From Ramazzottius varieornatus (taxonomy: Eukaryota > Animalia > Tardigrada): a stretch of 64,000 bases of DNA. The DNA is taken from positions 1,033,530 to 1,097,529 of the forward strand of contig BDGG01000003.1 in NCBI GenBank assembly GCA_001949185.1, in the 5' to 3' direction. Position numbers and translations under genes: made by a program. Shown here in pieces: positions 38,435 through 50,200 of this stretch. The notes beneath the pieces were generated by a model, which was given only the letters and a program-made list of their open reading frames with translations, had not been told where the DNA came from and did not search any database. Position 1 is the first letter of the stretch, and each line of letters begins with the position of its first letter.

Positions 38435-38587
38435 GTGTAGTGCAACCGAATCATGGCGCACTGAACCACGTGATGAGTCATCGCTGTCCGGTGTAATCAG
38501 ATGTTATCAGTTTAGCCTCGCTGGCTGTCACCGGGCATCATTTACTGTTCACGTGGTTGAGTGCGCGATAATTTCGTAGCACCACAG
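38435..38587. mobile_element. Second copy of the 35392 MITE family
   Basis: Reverse-complement identity to 35392-35544. Confidence 0.7.
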
Positions 38588-39000
38588 TATCTTGTCCGAT
38601 AGATCGCGAGCTCAGCATCATGTTTGTTCCCAAGTCATTCATTCCTCCATAGGATAAAAAGATATCGCCAGAAAAACCGGACGTGACGTCACTCCGAACA
38701 TTGTCAGACAGGCAACCAAACGAAATGAATCGGACTCGAGACTATGCTCAGCTCTTCCAGCTTTGCTGTTTAGCAGCATAGTGTTTTTGCAGTCGAGAAG
38801 GGAAACGTACTGTAATGCTTTATAAACTTCTCGAACTGATGTCACAGTACGCGCGGAGTGTACGGGTATGATAACGCATACTGCGCACGCTTACTATGAC
38901 GTAAATCGCGAAGTTCAAGAAGCATGACAGTATCGATATCAAAAGCACCGTCTGTTTGGTCCTTCGTGGGATTTCTCCGCCAGCCTATTCGAACTCGCTA

Positions 39001-39310
39001 CGAGGTAAACGACATAATTCGGGCATATCAATTTTCGCAGCATAATTCGGGCAACGCGAAAAGTATGAACGTTATCGTCAACGCTTGATCCATCCTCATC
39101 GTACGCCTGTTGATACAACATTAGGCTTTTTAACATTGGACAGCCCCATCTTTCTCCCAGGCCAAATTCCCGTGACCCACAACGCTTTATCGTTCTCAAA
39201 GCTATTGAAACCTTGAGATGTGGATCAGTCTACCTCAGGAAACAAGAAGCGGTTCTTTTCGTCCAGCAGGAGCTGAGAAAAATTATGCCCGAATTATGTC
39301 GTTTACCTCG
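39001..39310. mobile_element. Tc1/mariner-type MITE
   Basis: TA TSD; 27-bp TIR cgaggtaaacgacataattcgggcata. Confidence 0.75.
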
Positions 39311-39560
39311 TACCGTCCCCTTGTATGGTTGAGATAATATCGCTCATAGTGGCACAAGGGGAAACGCTCACAACAGCATCAAACAGATCCGCACGGGTTT
39401 CAATACGTAAAAATTGAGTGAAACTACGGCGGATGTCCTGAGACAACAAATTCTGTAAAACGGCGATTCTAGTCTGGTTAACTGTAACTGTCACAACCCG
39501 TGGGAAAACAAATTAGGGAAAACGCTCAGGTTGCAGCAGCGCCCACCTTCTGCCCGGCTA

Positions 39561-40821
39561 TCATGTATGTACACGAGGGACTCGAAGAACGGGGATAATT
39601 ATCATCAAGAGGATGGGGTCGATTACGGGCGTCACAGCATACAGAAATGTTCCCACTTCTACCAGATGTACATAGTAAGGGCCTCCGTAAAAGACCACTG
39701 CGTAATAGCAGATGAGTGGGGCCCAGCACAGCACTGTCATGGAGGTCAGCACGAGCCACAGCTGGAAGTACGACCTCTCCATCGCCTTCCGAACCGCCAG
39801 CACCGAAGCATCCCTACTCTTGCTGGAGTCGAACGTGCTGTTGGCCGTCATGGCTACTGCGATAGCTTGTTGTTGAGACTGGTGTTTGTCCCTCTCTCGG
39901 GCATTCAGAACCTGGACGGGGCGAGTTCGTCGTAGTCGTCGCTTGTACCAAACCAACGGCACGGCGAATGCCAAAAAGACCAGTGGAATGTCGTAGAGCA
40001 CCGTTTGGGCTGCCTTTGCCCACTGTAGGTTCTTGTCGGTCTCCAGTGTACAGGGTACGGTATCGACAAGCACCGGTGTCATAACGATCCCGATTGTCAG
40101 AAAACCGCTGACGTAGATCCACATACCGACACATATCAGCGTGGCCCTCTAAAAATGTCCAGTTCAAATATTGATACTTGAAATTTTCGACGCAAAAGTT
40201 GATTTGCAAAAGTGATGCCAAAGTATTTGAGTAACATTAATTGTAACACAGTGTTTCGAAAGTTATTCGCTTGTACAGTCTATTGTAAACGTGGAAGCGC
40301 GAATATCAAAAGGAGCCAGATCAAACACGAGCATTGCCCTTGATGCTGTATTCGATGAACGATTTTGACTTGTCTACGCTTACGTTACGGTGTCTGATTT
40401 GGTGGCGGTGGTAATGCAGAGGGAAGAAAATCGCCCACAGGCGATTCATCGTCAGGAGTACATGGGAATTAGTGAGACACCCGTGGAATAGCCAATAGGC
40501 GAATTGGTAGTAAGCGCAAGCCGTTCGACCCAGCGTCCACCTGACGTAGATGGAGTTGACGATATCGAGCGGGAGGTAGCACAAGATGAAGCAGAAGTTT
40601 GAGAACGTGAGGTTGATGAGGTAGATGTTGAAGGGAGGCTGCGATTGCCGGGTCAGGATCAGAACGATACAGACTCCACCGTTCAGGACCGCCGCTATTG
40701 GGATGATGATGGCCAAAACTACTGGACAGGCTGTCCAGTGCGCTCGGTCGTCGAACACGGTGAAATTCCTTCTTGTGATGTTCTGGTTGAAGTAGTCACT
40801 CAGATTGGCCAAGTCCATCAT
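39561..40821 (-). CDS. Class A (rhodopsin-like) orphan GPCR, 2 exons
   Basis: N-glycosylated N-terminus; TM1 LNG; FNIYLINL; WTLGRTAC; NRLWAI (DRY variant); CWAP; IDPIL; AAC|GTAAGC...TTAG|AGG splice in frame. Confidence 0.88.
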
Positions 40822-41699
40822 GCGAACAGAATACAGCACAGGGATTAAATGCGGAAATATCTGGCTGGATCTGGGTAAAACCTATCACACTAACAACAAG
40901 AGCATCGAAGATCTAGTAAGAAGGTGCTTTTTTGAGGATATCTAAATGTACGGATACGCATAAGAGGAATCTCTATTTGAGTTTTCTAATTGGTCATTAA
41001 AAGCAATTAACGGAATGATACCCATTTCCTTGTTTGCTCCAAATGCCTTCTGATGTTTTGATCCGCGCATGGGAATGCCTGTCCAGCGTACTCCTGAGTG
41101 ATAAATCGCGTGCGACAAAATTGATTCGAAACAGGTGACCGAAAGTCTCCTTGGTAGGTATCTATTGACTGCCTGCAGGAAACACTACTGAGGTGCTCGT
41201 AAATTATGGCGCACTCAACCACGCGAGTCATCGTTGCCCAGCATGTTCAGATGTAGTCCCTCTGACTCTCACGCGGGCGACATCTGGGTATCGGCGGCCC
41301 TTTTTGCGTACGAACGATTGCAAGTCAAATGTTCAGGAAACGAGTCTGAATTTGGGGACCCCGCGGGTAAAGTTAAAATGCGGATGCGATCTGGTGTGAC
41401 TGGCATCAAAGAGCACGATGCTGGTAATCATTTGCCCGTCTGACCTTCAGCCAGGTAGATACTTCAGCCATCACAAAAAGCGGGTTCTGATTTAATGGGC
41501 GATGAAAACCGTCGTTTGCTGGACAAGTATGCATAAAGTCTCGGTGGGCCAAAATCCGGTACATCGTTTTTCAGTAAAATAAGGGGTGCTTAATGTTCAT
41601 ATTAACATGGTGCAAAAGGCTTTGCTCTATAGCAGGATTCGTCAAGCTAATTTTCCACCGGAACGAACTGGTGGTTTTTGCAGCAAGATAGAAACAAAT

Positions 41700-42790
41700 C
41701 TCCATCAGCGAGCTGGGGTCGATGACAGGTGTCACCGCATAGATGAACGTGCTCACGTCCACAAGCCGTGTGCTGGCGCCACCTCCGTACACCAACTCAG
41801 CGAAGTAGCAAATAAGCGGTGCCCCACAAAGAACCGTCGTTGTGGTCAACAAGTGACACAATCCAAAGTACGACGTCTCTTCCGCTTTCTTGAGTTAGCT
41901 ACCAGCGCAAAAATGTCCTAGCTTTTCCTCGATTTTCAGCTACTGACTTCGGCGACAGCTTGCCGGCACCTCTTCCCAGCACTGTGGATCTGACTGACGC
42001 GGTGGTTGCCTCGCTGTCGGCGTTTCTACCAGACCACGGGCACAGCAATGGCCGAGAAGACTACCAGGATATCGTACAGCATGATCCGCGCGACTTGTGC
42101 CGAAAACTGGTTGCTTTTTAACCCTCAGTGTACACGGCAAAGTACCGTCGAGGACGCTGGCCTAGAGATGGGATAAGTGTGATTTACAGAAATTTACCGA
42201 AACTAAATCGAACTTATCGATTTGGTATGAGAAGTTACCGAAACCGGAATTATCGGTGTGAGTCTCACACTGAAGAACCGATTTCGGTGTGCGTTCGCAC
42301 CAAACCGATACCTAATCGAAAATTTTCGGTAAATTGAAAAATACCGAAAGGCTCAGAAAGATGAGAGTTTGACCGATTTCTGAGCGATCCCGAGAAATTT
42401 TTCGGCTTACAGACTGTATTTCTGCTAGCTAGATAGACAGCCATCCGGTGGAGGAAAACCTCCCAACATGTCAAGACACGCCAAGCGTTGTACGCTTGCG
42501 GCTCGCCCCGTTTTGCGCCAATTTTACCTGGTTTTTCCCGTTAATAAGAGAAACTTTATATTTTTCGGTTTACCGATTTTTCGGTTTGATTTGGTGTGAT
42601 AAATCGAAATTTCGGTGCAGAAATTTACCGAATCAAAAATATCGGTGTTGACTTCATACTGAAATTTTCGATTCGGTGTGAGTTTTCCAAATCGGAAAAT
42701 ACCACACCGAACTTAATCACACTTATCCCATCTCTACGCTGGCCATCCTGAAGAACACACTCGTGGTCAAGCTTACGCGGAGCTACATTT
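41700..42790 (-). pseudogene. GPCR pseudogene, paralogue of 39561-40821, disrupted by a hAT MITE
   Basis: LPCTL; IMLYDILVVFSAIAVPVVW* (in-frame stop); LCGAPLICY; YAVTPVIDP; frameshifts. Confidence 0.8.
42163..42736. mobile_element. hAT-type MITE
   Basis: 8-bp TSD CGCTGGCC (42155-42162, 42737-42744); perfect 22-bp TIR TAGAGATGGGATAAGTGTGATT; ACCGA/TCGGT subterminal repeats. Confidence 0.92.
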
Positions 42791-44845
42791 CACCTGCTTT
42801 ATCTAGTTGATATCCTAAACCGCGTAAATATATCTGATGTCAGCTTGATTTGGTATCCCAATTGCCATCTTTTGAAAGTATTTTGTCCAGAAAGAACGAG
42901 AAGAAGAAGATATCTTCCGAAGGGAGAACAGTGAAAAGTTCGCGTCGGAGCAGCTGCGGGGGTGCACCCTCCCTAGTCTCGATCTTAGTTGATTCTCGAC
43001 TTCGCATAGACATTGTTCCCGGGCCAGTTCTGTTTAAAAGGTGGCAATAGGGATACTATAAATAAATCAAGAAACAATACTTGTGAGGAACAACATGCTC
43101 AGTCGAGAGCGCCATGAATATGATGAGGTGGTAGTCACTTGGCGTCCCCACCCTGTAAACTGTTTGTGCTCAGAAGCGTTATTAACCGTGATTGTACGCG
43201 GTAATGGATGTAATATCCAAAGCGGTTGCTCCCTGAATGAATTACTCTTTCTTATTCATATCCGTCGCAGCCCAACAGAGATCTTCCTTAGCCAGAATAA
43301 CATCGCGTGCTGGTATCCATCTCTAGCCGGTGTATTCATTACGCTATTACGTTGTTGGAGGGGTAACGAGAGTACCAACCTCTGGCAATAAGTGCGCCGA
43401 CCTTTGGTAATAAGTATAAGAAGTGACCTTTTTTCGCACCATGGGGTTTTCTTTCTTACGACTTGTGCAATCGGCTTGAGGTGTCCAAAAACAAAAACTT
43501 GGTCTTTTAGGTAAACAAGCCTTGGTGGTAATGGCGAAGAGGCAAACTGAAAAATCCGAAGCCTGCACGAGTTTCGCGGAAAGTAAATTGTTTTGAAGGT
43601 CATCATACCTGACACTAAAGGTCGTCTTAGTTTTGACTATTCCAATAGATGACAAATTAGTAGGTGCCCCGGCTACAGTATACCCGTTGACTATAAGGAG
43701 ATGCTGGTTCCACCACGAGTTGGGAGGACACCTGGTTCTCGATTTTCTTGCACGAACTACAGCTCGTAAAGATCGGGCCAGCATGTGGCGGGCTTGGAGT
43801 TCTGTTCATTGGGGGGATCCCCATGATCGGCTTCGAAGCGTGGCTTTCTTGATGTCTCAGCATGAGTGTGTACGAGCAGCTTTCCCCAGTAAATTCTGTA
43901 CAAATTTCAGTAGGGCTCGTACAGTAGCAACTAGCAAGCTTTAGCTGTACCGATAGCTGAATTACAATGGTTACAGGTACCTTCTCCGGGTACCCACGTC
44001 AGGAAACCCTTCTGAAACGGATGCTCGTCGACGTAAAAATGAGTACGTTCAGCCTCTAGCCTTTCCCATTGACAGCCAAGCGGAAGACAATATTACTGTA
44101 ATGCCTCTTGAACTTCACGAAACAGGTCAGTATACGCCTACAGTTGAACCCCGGTCCGAAAATTTTGCCCTGCCAACCCCCTAAGGGATATTTCGCGCGT
44201 ATGATGACGTGCTTCGCGAAGTTCAAGAAGCATTACAGTACAGCACCACTTACTTGGCAATCGCAATGGCTCCCCTTGTGTCCGCATTACTGGTCCGAAC
44301 GTCGCCGGAGCTACCGACCTTATAATTTTTTCGGCTACCAGCGCCTGTACTTCGAAACCCACCTTGGGATTTAGCGAGGCGAGCACTATTTCCTTTGCCA
44401 CGCGTTTGGCCATTATGTTGCCTGGGGTCGCGGGCCGCTCTGCATTACCACCATCAAAGGCTATCGCACGAAGAACGGCAAGCGTAAAAATTACGGGAGA
44501 GGCCTTTGCGCTACGGCGGTACGGAAACACGTACGTACACGACCGATTCACACTAATAACTTTTCAACAATTTTCTACGGTTGAATTTCCATTCTGCAGT
44601 CCTTTCCGCCTGTCCCAACTATGGGACAGGCGGAAAGGACTATCCATCGTGCGTGTATATTTGTCGGCGTGTTAATGAGCAATAACGAACGTGTTATTCG
44701 TTGCGCCTTTCGTTTTACAAGCAGCATACTAAACAACAGTGCATTCTGAGACTACGAAAAGTAGTTTTCGTAAACTGCGATGGTGTCCGACATTTTTGTT
44801 TCGGCATCGTGAACCGACGTTCCAGGCCACCATGCACACGCTGCT

Positions 44846-45622
44846 TTATCCATAGGCGCTTCCCCCAGACAAACTCGCATACCCATACGAACCGGTTAGC
44901 GGGCTACCGCGTACTGGAATGCCAGGTGTGACCACCTGACGCTGGGGGAATCTGTTCTGATCCATGCCTCCTTGCATCTGACTGGACTGTTTCGGTTGGG
45001 AGATTACTGGAAAGGGGTTGAATCGAGTAGCATGAGGCAGACTGTCTTCAATACTGTTGAGGACCGCCATTGACCGTTCCAGCTCGTCGTTGACGTTCGG
45101 GTCTAGAACTGGTGGATCAACAGGTGACGGCGTTGGATAAGATGGTCCGTAGTACCCGTTACCATAACCCGAGTTACCGTATCCGTTGACAGCATAATTT
45201 GCTTGGGTGAGTCCGTTTGAGTAGTACAGGTTGTAACCGTTGTAACCGATACCATTGGCTGGGTTTCCGTTTGTGGGTTGACCGCTGAATCCATTGTAGC
45301 CGTAGTTTCCATAACCAGCGTGCGAGTATGGGTAGCTGTAAGAAACTGGGACTTGTCTGGCTACGTTGTTCATGGAGATTTGACGGGCTTGTACTTGGCT
45401 GGTAATTTGGGCGGCCAGGAAGTTGGCTAGAAGAGCGAGTGCTCGTCTGCTTTCGAGGGTCTTGGCCATGCTGGCTACCGGCAAAATCTCTGCAGCCACA
45501 GTGGTCGTCGTTGTAGAGGAAGGCTGCTGAGTAGTGGGGAGACTCGTTACCTGAGCTCTGCTGGTGATAACTAAAGTCAAACTTAACATGGACCAGAGTA
45601 CTGATAGATATCCGCTGTCCAT
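44846..45622 (-). CDS. Secreted low-complexity Gly/Tyr/Asn-rich protein (258 aa, single exon)
   Basis: Signal peptide MDSGYLSVLWSMLSLTLVITSRAQ; Thr-rich stretch; repeated GYGN/GYNG motifs; long open frame. Confidence 0.75.
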   Translation of the reverse strand: MDSGYLSVLWSMLSLTLVITSRAQVTSLPTTQQPSSTTTTTVAAEILPVASMAKTLESRRALALLANFLAAQITSQVQARQISMNNVARQVPVSYSYPYSHAGYGNYGYNGFSGQPTNGNPANGIGYNGYNLYYSNGLTQANYAVNGYGNSGYGNGYYGPSYPTPSPVDPPVLDPNVNDELERSMAVLNSIEDSLPHATRFNPFPVISQPKQSSQMQGGMDQNRFPQRQVVTPGIPVRGSPLTGSYGYASLSGGSAYG

Positions 45623-46748
45623 TTTTCTCGGTTGAAGGAAATCTATATGAGTGTTCCCGCTGACATCAAGCAAAGTTAAAGTTAATGATTTTCTAAGTGA
45701 TGATCATGCAAAGCGTATTTATGTCCGCAGAGGTTGCTTTCAAGTACGTAAACAATGATTGTGAGAGGGAGGGGGGGGGGGGGTGCAGAAAATCAATGTT
45801 CAATGTCGTGCACACAGGATGCATCAGAACCGTTATATGGAAAGAAAATACGTTCAAGGAGAAACGACCACAAGAATGTGATAAATAAAGAAACACGCAG
45901 GCGAGCTTTGACTATTCTTGACATCAGGGAACCTTGACAGTGCTAGGATACATAATGGCCACTGCGCGGTTCCGAGTCCAAGGCCCCAACAAGGGCGCCA
46001 CTAGTAAGTCATCAAACGTTTGGGTGGGTGTGTTGACAGTTACACGAAGCGAGGGCGAATCAGAGCTAGCCGGAATATTTGGCGTTCTCGACAAAAGCGG
46101 TATTTTTATGGCGCATTGGCTGCTCTCTGTTGGGGCGAGTCTCTCTACAGTCCTTGATCGACGCCGTACTGAGTGCTTTTTCTTCAGACCAGAGTTTGTT
46201 CGAATTCTTGAGGCTCTGTTATATTTTGTGAATGCATATTATTAGAGAGTTACCAAGAATTCGGTTCCAGGTTCGGGTACCTGCATGAGACACCAGAGAT
46301 TCCACCAATGATTTGCCTATTACGCCTCGCACGTACAGTGTAGGCAAATAAGATACTCTAAGAGGGGCAAGGCCAAAATCGATGCGACGCAGAAAGCAAA
46401 CAGCTGATCAAGCTGCACTCCAGAGACGTGAACTGCCGCTTGATCTGCTGATTACTTCGAGCCGGAGTTTCTACGTCACTTGTCGAAAACTCGATTTTGG
46501 CCCTCCCCCTTTTAGAGTAACTTAATTGCCCACACTGTATCGATGCGCCACATTGTTCAGATCTCAAGGCCGGATGTTCGTTCCCGGAAGGTCCGTAAGA
46601 AGGACTGAGTGCTGCTACCACCTTGCACAACTGGTGGGGCCAAGCGTGGAGACATGCCTTGCGAGGACCGACAATAATCCGGGCTCACCGACATAAAGAG
46701 AATCCAGGAACACAAAGGATACAATAAAACTTACGAGTACGAGGTATA

Positions 46749-46946
46749 CACGCAGGATGAGAAATTATGGTACAGTGAAAAATTATGGTACAGACCTTTT
46801 CGCTGCGACGGTACGGAAGCACGTACGTACGCGACCGATTCACAGTAATACATTTTTCGACGCTTTTCTACGGTCGAATATCCATTTTGCCGTCCTCTCC
46901 GCCTGTCCCATTATTTTTACTGTACCATGATTTCTCGTCTTGCGTG
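46749..46946. mobile_element. TA-flanked MITE (14914 family)
   Basis: TIR cacgcaggatgagaaattatggtacagt / actgtaccatgatttctcgtcttgcgtg. Confidence 0.75.
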
Positions 46947-47215
46947 TACTGTAAATGACGCGACGTGGTCATGAAAAAATTTTTTGTCTCGATCCGGCCC
47001 GCCCGAAAGTTCAAGCGTTACAGCCTACGTTATATTGATTGTTCATCGTTGATACGCATTCAAGCTTTTTAACATTGCAGCCATGTAAATGCAGTACCAT
47101 GGTGAGAAGTCATGACCAACAACACTCAACTCGAAAAAGATGAATCTGCAACCACGAACGAGGAAAACTCAAAAGCAAAACGGAAAATAAAAGACCGATC
47201 ACTTGGATGTTCATC

Positions 47216-50200
47216 TTATTCTATGGCATTGTTAGTGTTTGTCGAATGGCTAACTTCCTCGTTCTCTTTCAGCGGACTATAGGTCCCCAGGCTCTTCTTG
47301 GACTTTGACTTGGTCCAAGTCGAGACACCGCTGGAACTGGCACAGCTCGCCGTACTCTTCTCCCTGCTGCCTTCATTGATGGGACTAAGGAGCTTACTTA
47401 CACCGCTTGGTGGTAGGTAACTGGGCCGCCGGTTCATCCGCAACTGCTCTTTGGTCAGCCCTTCTTCGGTCAGACCGAGGACCACCGGCGTGGAAGACAT
47501 GTGCTTTCCTGGATCTATGGACTGGAAGAACTCCACCTGAAAGAGGTTAAATTCCATAGTCCCCCTTCTGTTCTAGCATATTCTTTTCGTAGACACAGCC
47601 GAAAGAAATCAAGGTATTCCCCACTGGGAAATACACTGAGCTACCTTGATTTCTATTGCGAGTTGTATTACAAAAACAGGAACTCGGTAAGCAGACTCGA
47701 AAAGATTGAATTCTCAAGTAGCGCACGTTGTCTATGTTATTGACTGGAAGCGTACGCCACTTGGGAACTTCGAGAAAATAATTATACTAAGTGGCGCACT
47801 TTTCAGGTACTGATGGCTGACCACGTACGCCACTTGGGAAACAAAACAATCTAGCCGAGCTGTTGCTGCACTCCCAGATTATTTCTGTTTTGGACGTGAT
47901 CATGTTTACCTGTGACATGAAGGGTAGAGTTTGGTCCGTGGCACCGCCGAGCGACTTCCGGCCATACGCGATGACATCTTGGGTGACATTGAACTCATCG
48001 TTCATGTCGAACGCCATTGTGTTGAAGGCGATGGAGCGACGAGGTTGGGGCATGGGAGGCCTTGCTGTCGACGGCCGAGTCGATGGTGGATCGTTGGACG
48101 GAAGGAGGGACGCCGTCTTGGTCGAGATGGGTTCCGATTCGTAGTCAGAATCAGACGAGGAAGCTTCCACCTCGATGAAGTCTTGGGCGGTGAGACGATC
48201 GGGAGGAACAGCGGGAATATCTAGCGATTCGTTCAGGACACCGGTCACCTTGCGCGACGTTAACTTCGCCGCCTGAGATAAAAGAAGAGGTGAAAGCAAA
48301 GATTCTAGCGAAAACTCTGGAAAAAGGAGATTTCGCCAATCAATTCACCCAGTTTGGGTTTCAAAGTGGCGCACGCTCTCGACCACTGACACTGACAATG
48401 TACACCACTTGACTAACGATCTGGGTGGAACCGTTGGCCGACGTTCCAAAAATCCTTCACAGCTATATTGTACATTATTATTAACACATTTTTCGGCTCT
48501 TCATTTTTAAATGGATATCGTTTTCATTTACCGCTGCAGTTTTGTTTTGCTGGGGACTGTCGATAGGTGGCGTGTTCTCACTGTCATCATCACTATCTTT
48601 TTTCTCCTCTTCCTCCTTCGCCGCGTCTTTCGGCTTCACTTCCGGCAGGTAGTTCTCCGGTTGCCTCGAAGACTGATCCTCGAAGATCTGGAAAGCGGGG
48701 ACCTCAACTACCTGCTTTCTCACTGTCACCGGGACGTTTTCTGGATCCGCCACTGCGCTAGTCTGCAAGGCCGGTTGCTTGACGGACTTCCGAGGCGCCA
48801 AACTTTGCCTAAAAAAGACACACCAGATGTATTTCTGAACGAGCCAAAGAGGAAGGTGGACCTACCGGACAGGCACGAGGACGGTTGTGGCAACAGGTTC
48901 GGGCTGGACGAGAAGAGACCTCGACGTCTCGTCGAACATGGTGGGAGGTTTGTGGCGCGAAGCGTCGGACGAAGCGCTGCGTGGCTGGGAGTCCCGCGAC
49001 GTCTGGTTGATGGTGGAGTTCCACATGGCTCGAATGTTCGGGTTGGTCTGGTCGGGCTGAGAACAGGGAAGGATAGAGGAACGCGTACTGGCGCCACTCC
49101 GCGTGACGGAAGAGACGTCGTCACCAAATGTCGTCTCATTATTCTTCATCTAACAAGAAAACCCATTCGACTCTGCACCCACAGAAAAAGAATCTCTTTT
49201 CCTTATAACTGAACTGATACAAGATATCATTCCAATCAGCTTTTCGAAGGAAACAATCTCGGAACTGATTGGGGCATGGTAAATGTCTTGAACATGATTG
49301 TTCTTCCTAGTGGCTCACTCTTCCACCCAAGAGCAACGAAGAAGTGCGCCACATGAGAAAACCATCATGTTCAGTCCAACTGCCGACGGCCAACTAAAAA
49401 AATGGTTAACAATAAGATTTCGTTTTTTTTTTATCGGACGGTTTTTTTACCAGGTTAAAGTCGCCGGTACTTCTACGATGTTTTCCGTTCATCCTCAGCC
49501 TTTTCCGCTCTACCACCAACACCAGGTGGTCCGTCACGGTCTTCAGCACGTTGAAATGCTCACCAATCTCCGCTTCCCCCGGATTCTTCAGTCTGTCCTG
49601 TAAAAATCTGGCCAGCTTCAACACGGCATCCACCACGGCCATTTCGTCCTTCCCCAGATCTTGACTGAAGGCCGACAAGCAAGAAGTCAATGTATGGAGA
49701 ATCTCTTTGGAAATACTCAGCTTAGAGTCCGCTTTGGTGTGAAGGTCTTCGGCGGAATCGAGCTTATCGATCGCGGTCTTGAACTTGGCTTCATCGACCT
49801 TCAGTATTCTATACTCTTCCTCAAAGACACTCCTGGCTCTCTCACTGGTTTCTAACTTGTGTTTCCACTGTACAACTTCCTCTTTTATGTTATTCAGTTG
49901 CTCTGTTAAGTGGATATTTTGTTCACGGAGCTGAATGAACTCTTCGGAGAATGTGGGACTCTTTTGTGGGGAAATGTGGGTTTGGTTGACTGATTGTGTG
50001 ATGCTCAGTGTTTCGTCCGAAGCTTCGCCGGAAAGGACGGCCAAGACCGTATGGGACTGCTTGGAACGGTAGCGAAGAGCTAGACGTTCTTCGAAGGACA
50101 TCTCACAGCCATCGTTGGATGGGAAGTGGTCGAACGCGAAAGCTTGACCGGCTTCCAAACCGAGAGGACGATTGGTGTGAGGTTGTGTCCTAGGTTCTTC

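Noticed and set aside
43100-43950. Possible LTR-retrotransposon RNase H/integrase relic (LRYYVVG; HHELGGHL)
   Set aside because: Only weak motif echoes, with no LTRs or continuous frame
48511-49212. 233-aa plus-strand ORF
   Set aside because: Antisense shadow of the Mad3/BUB1-like exons; the same applies to most short ORFs in the track and to ORFs inside MITEs
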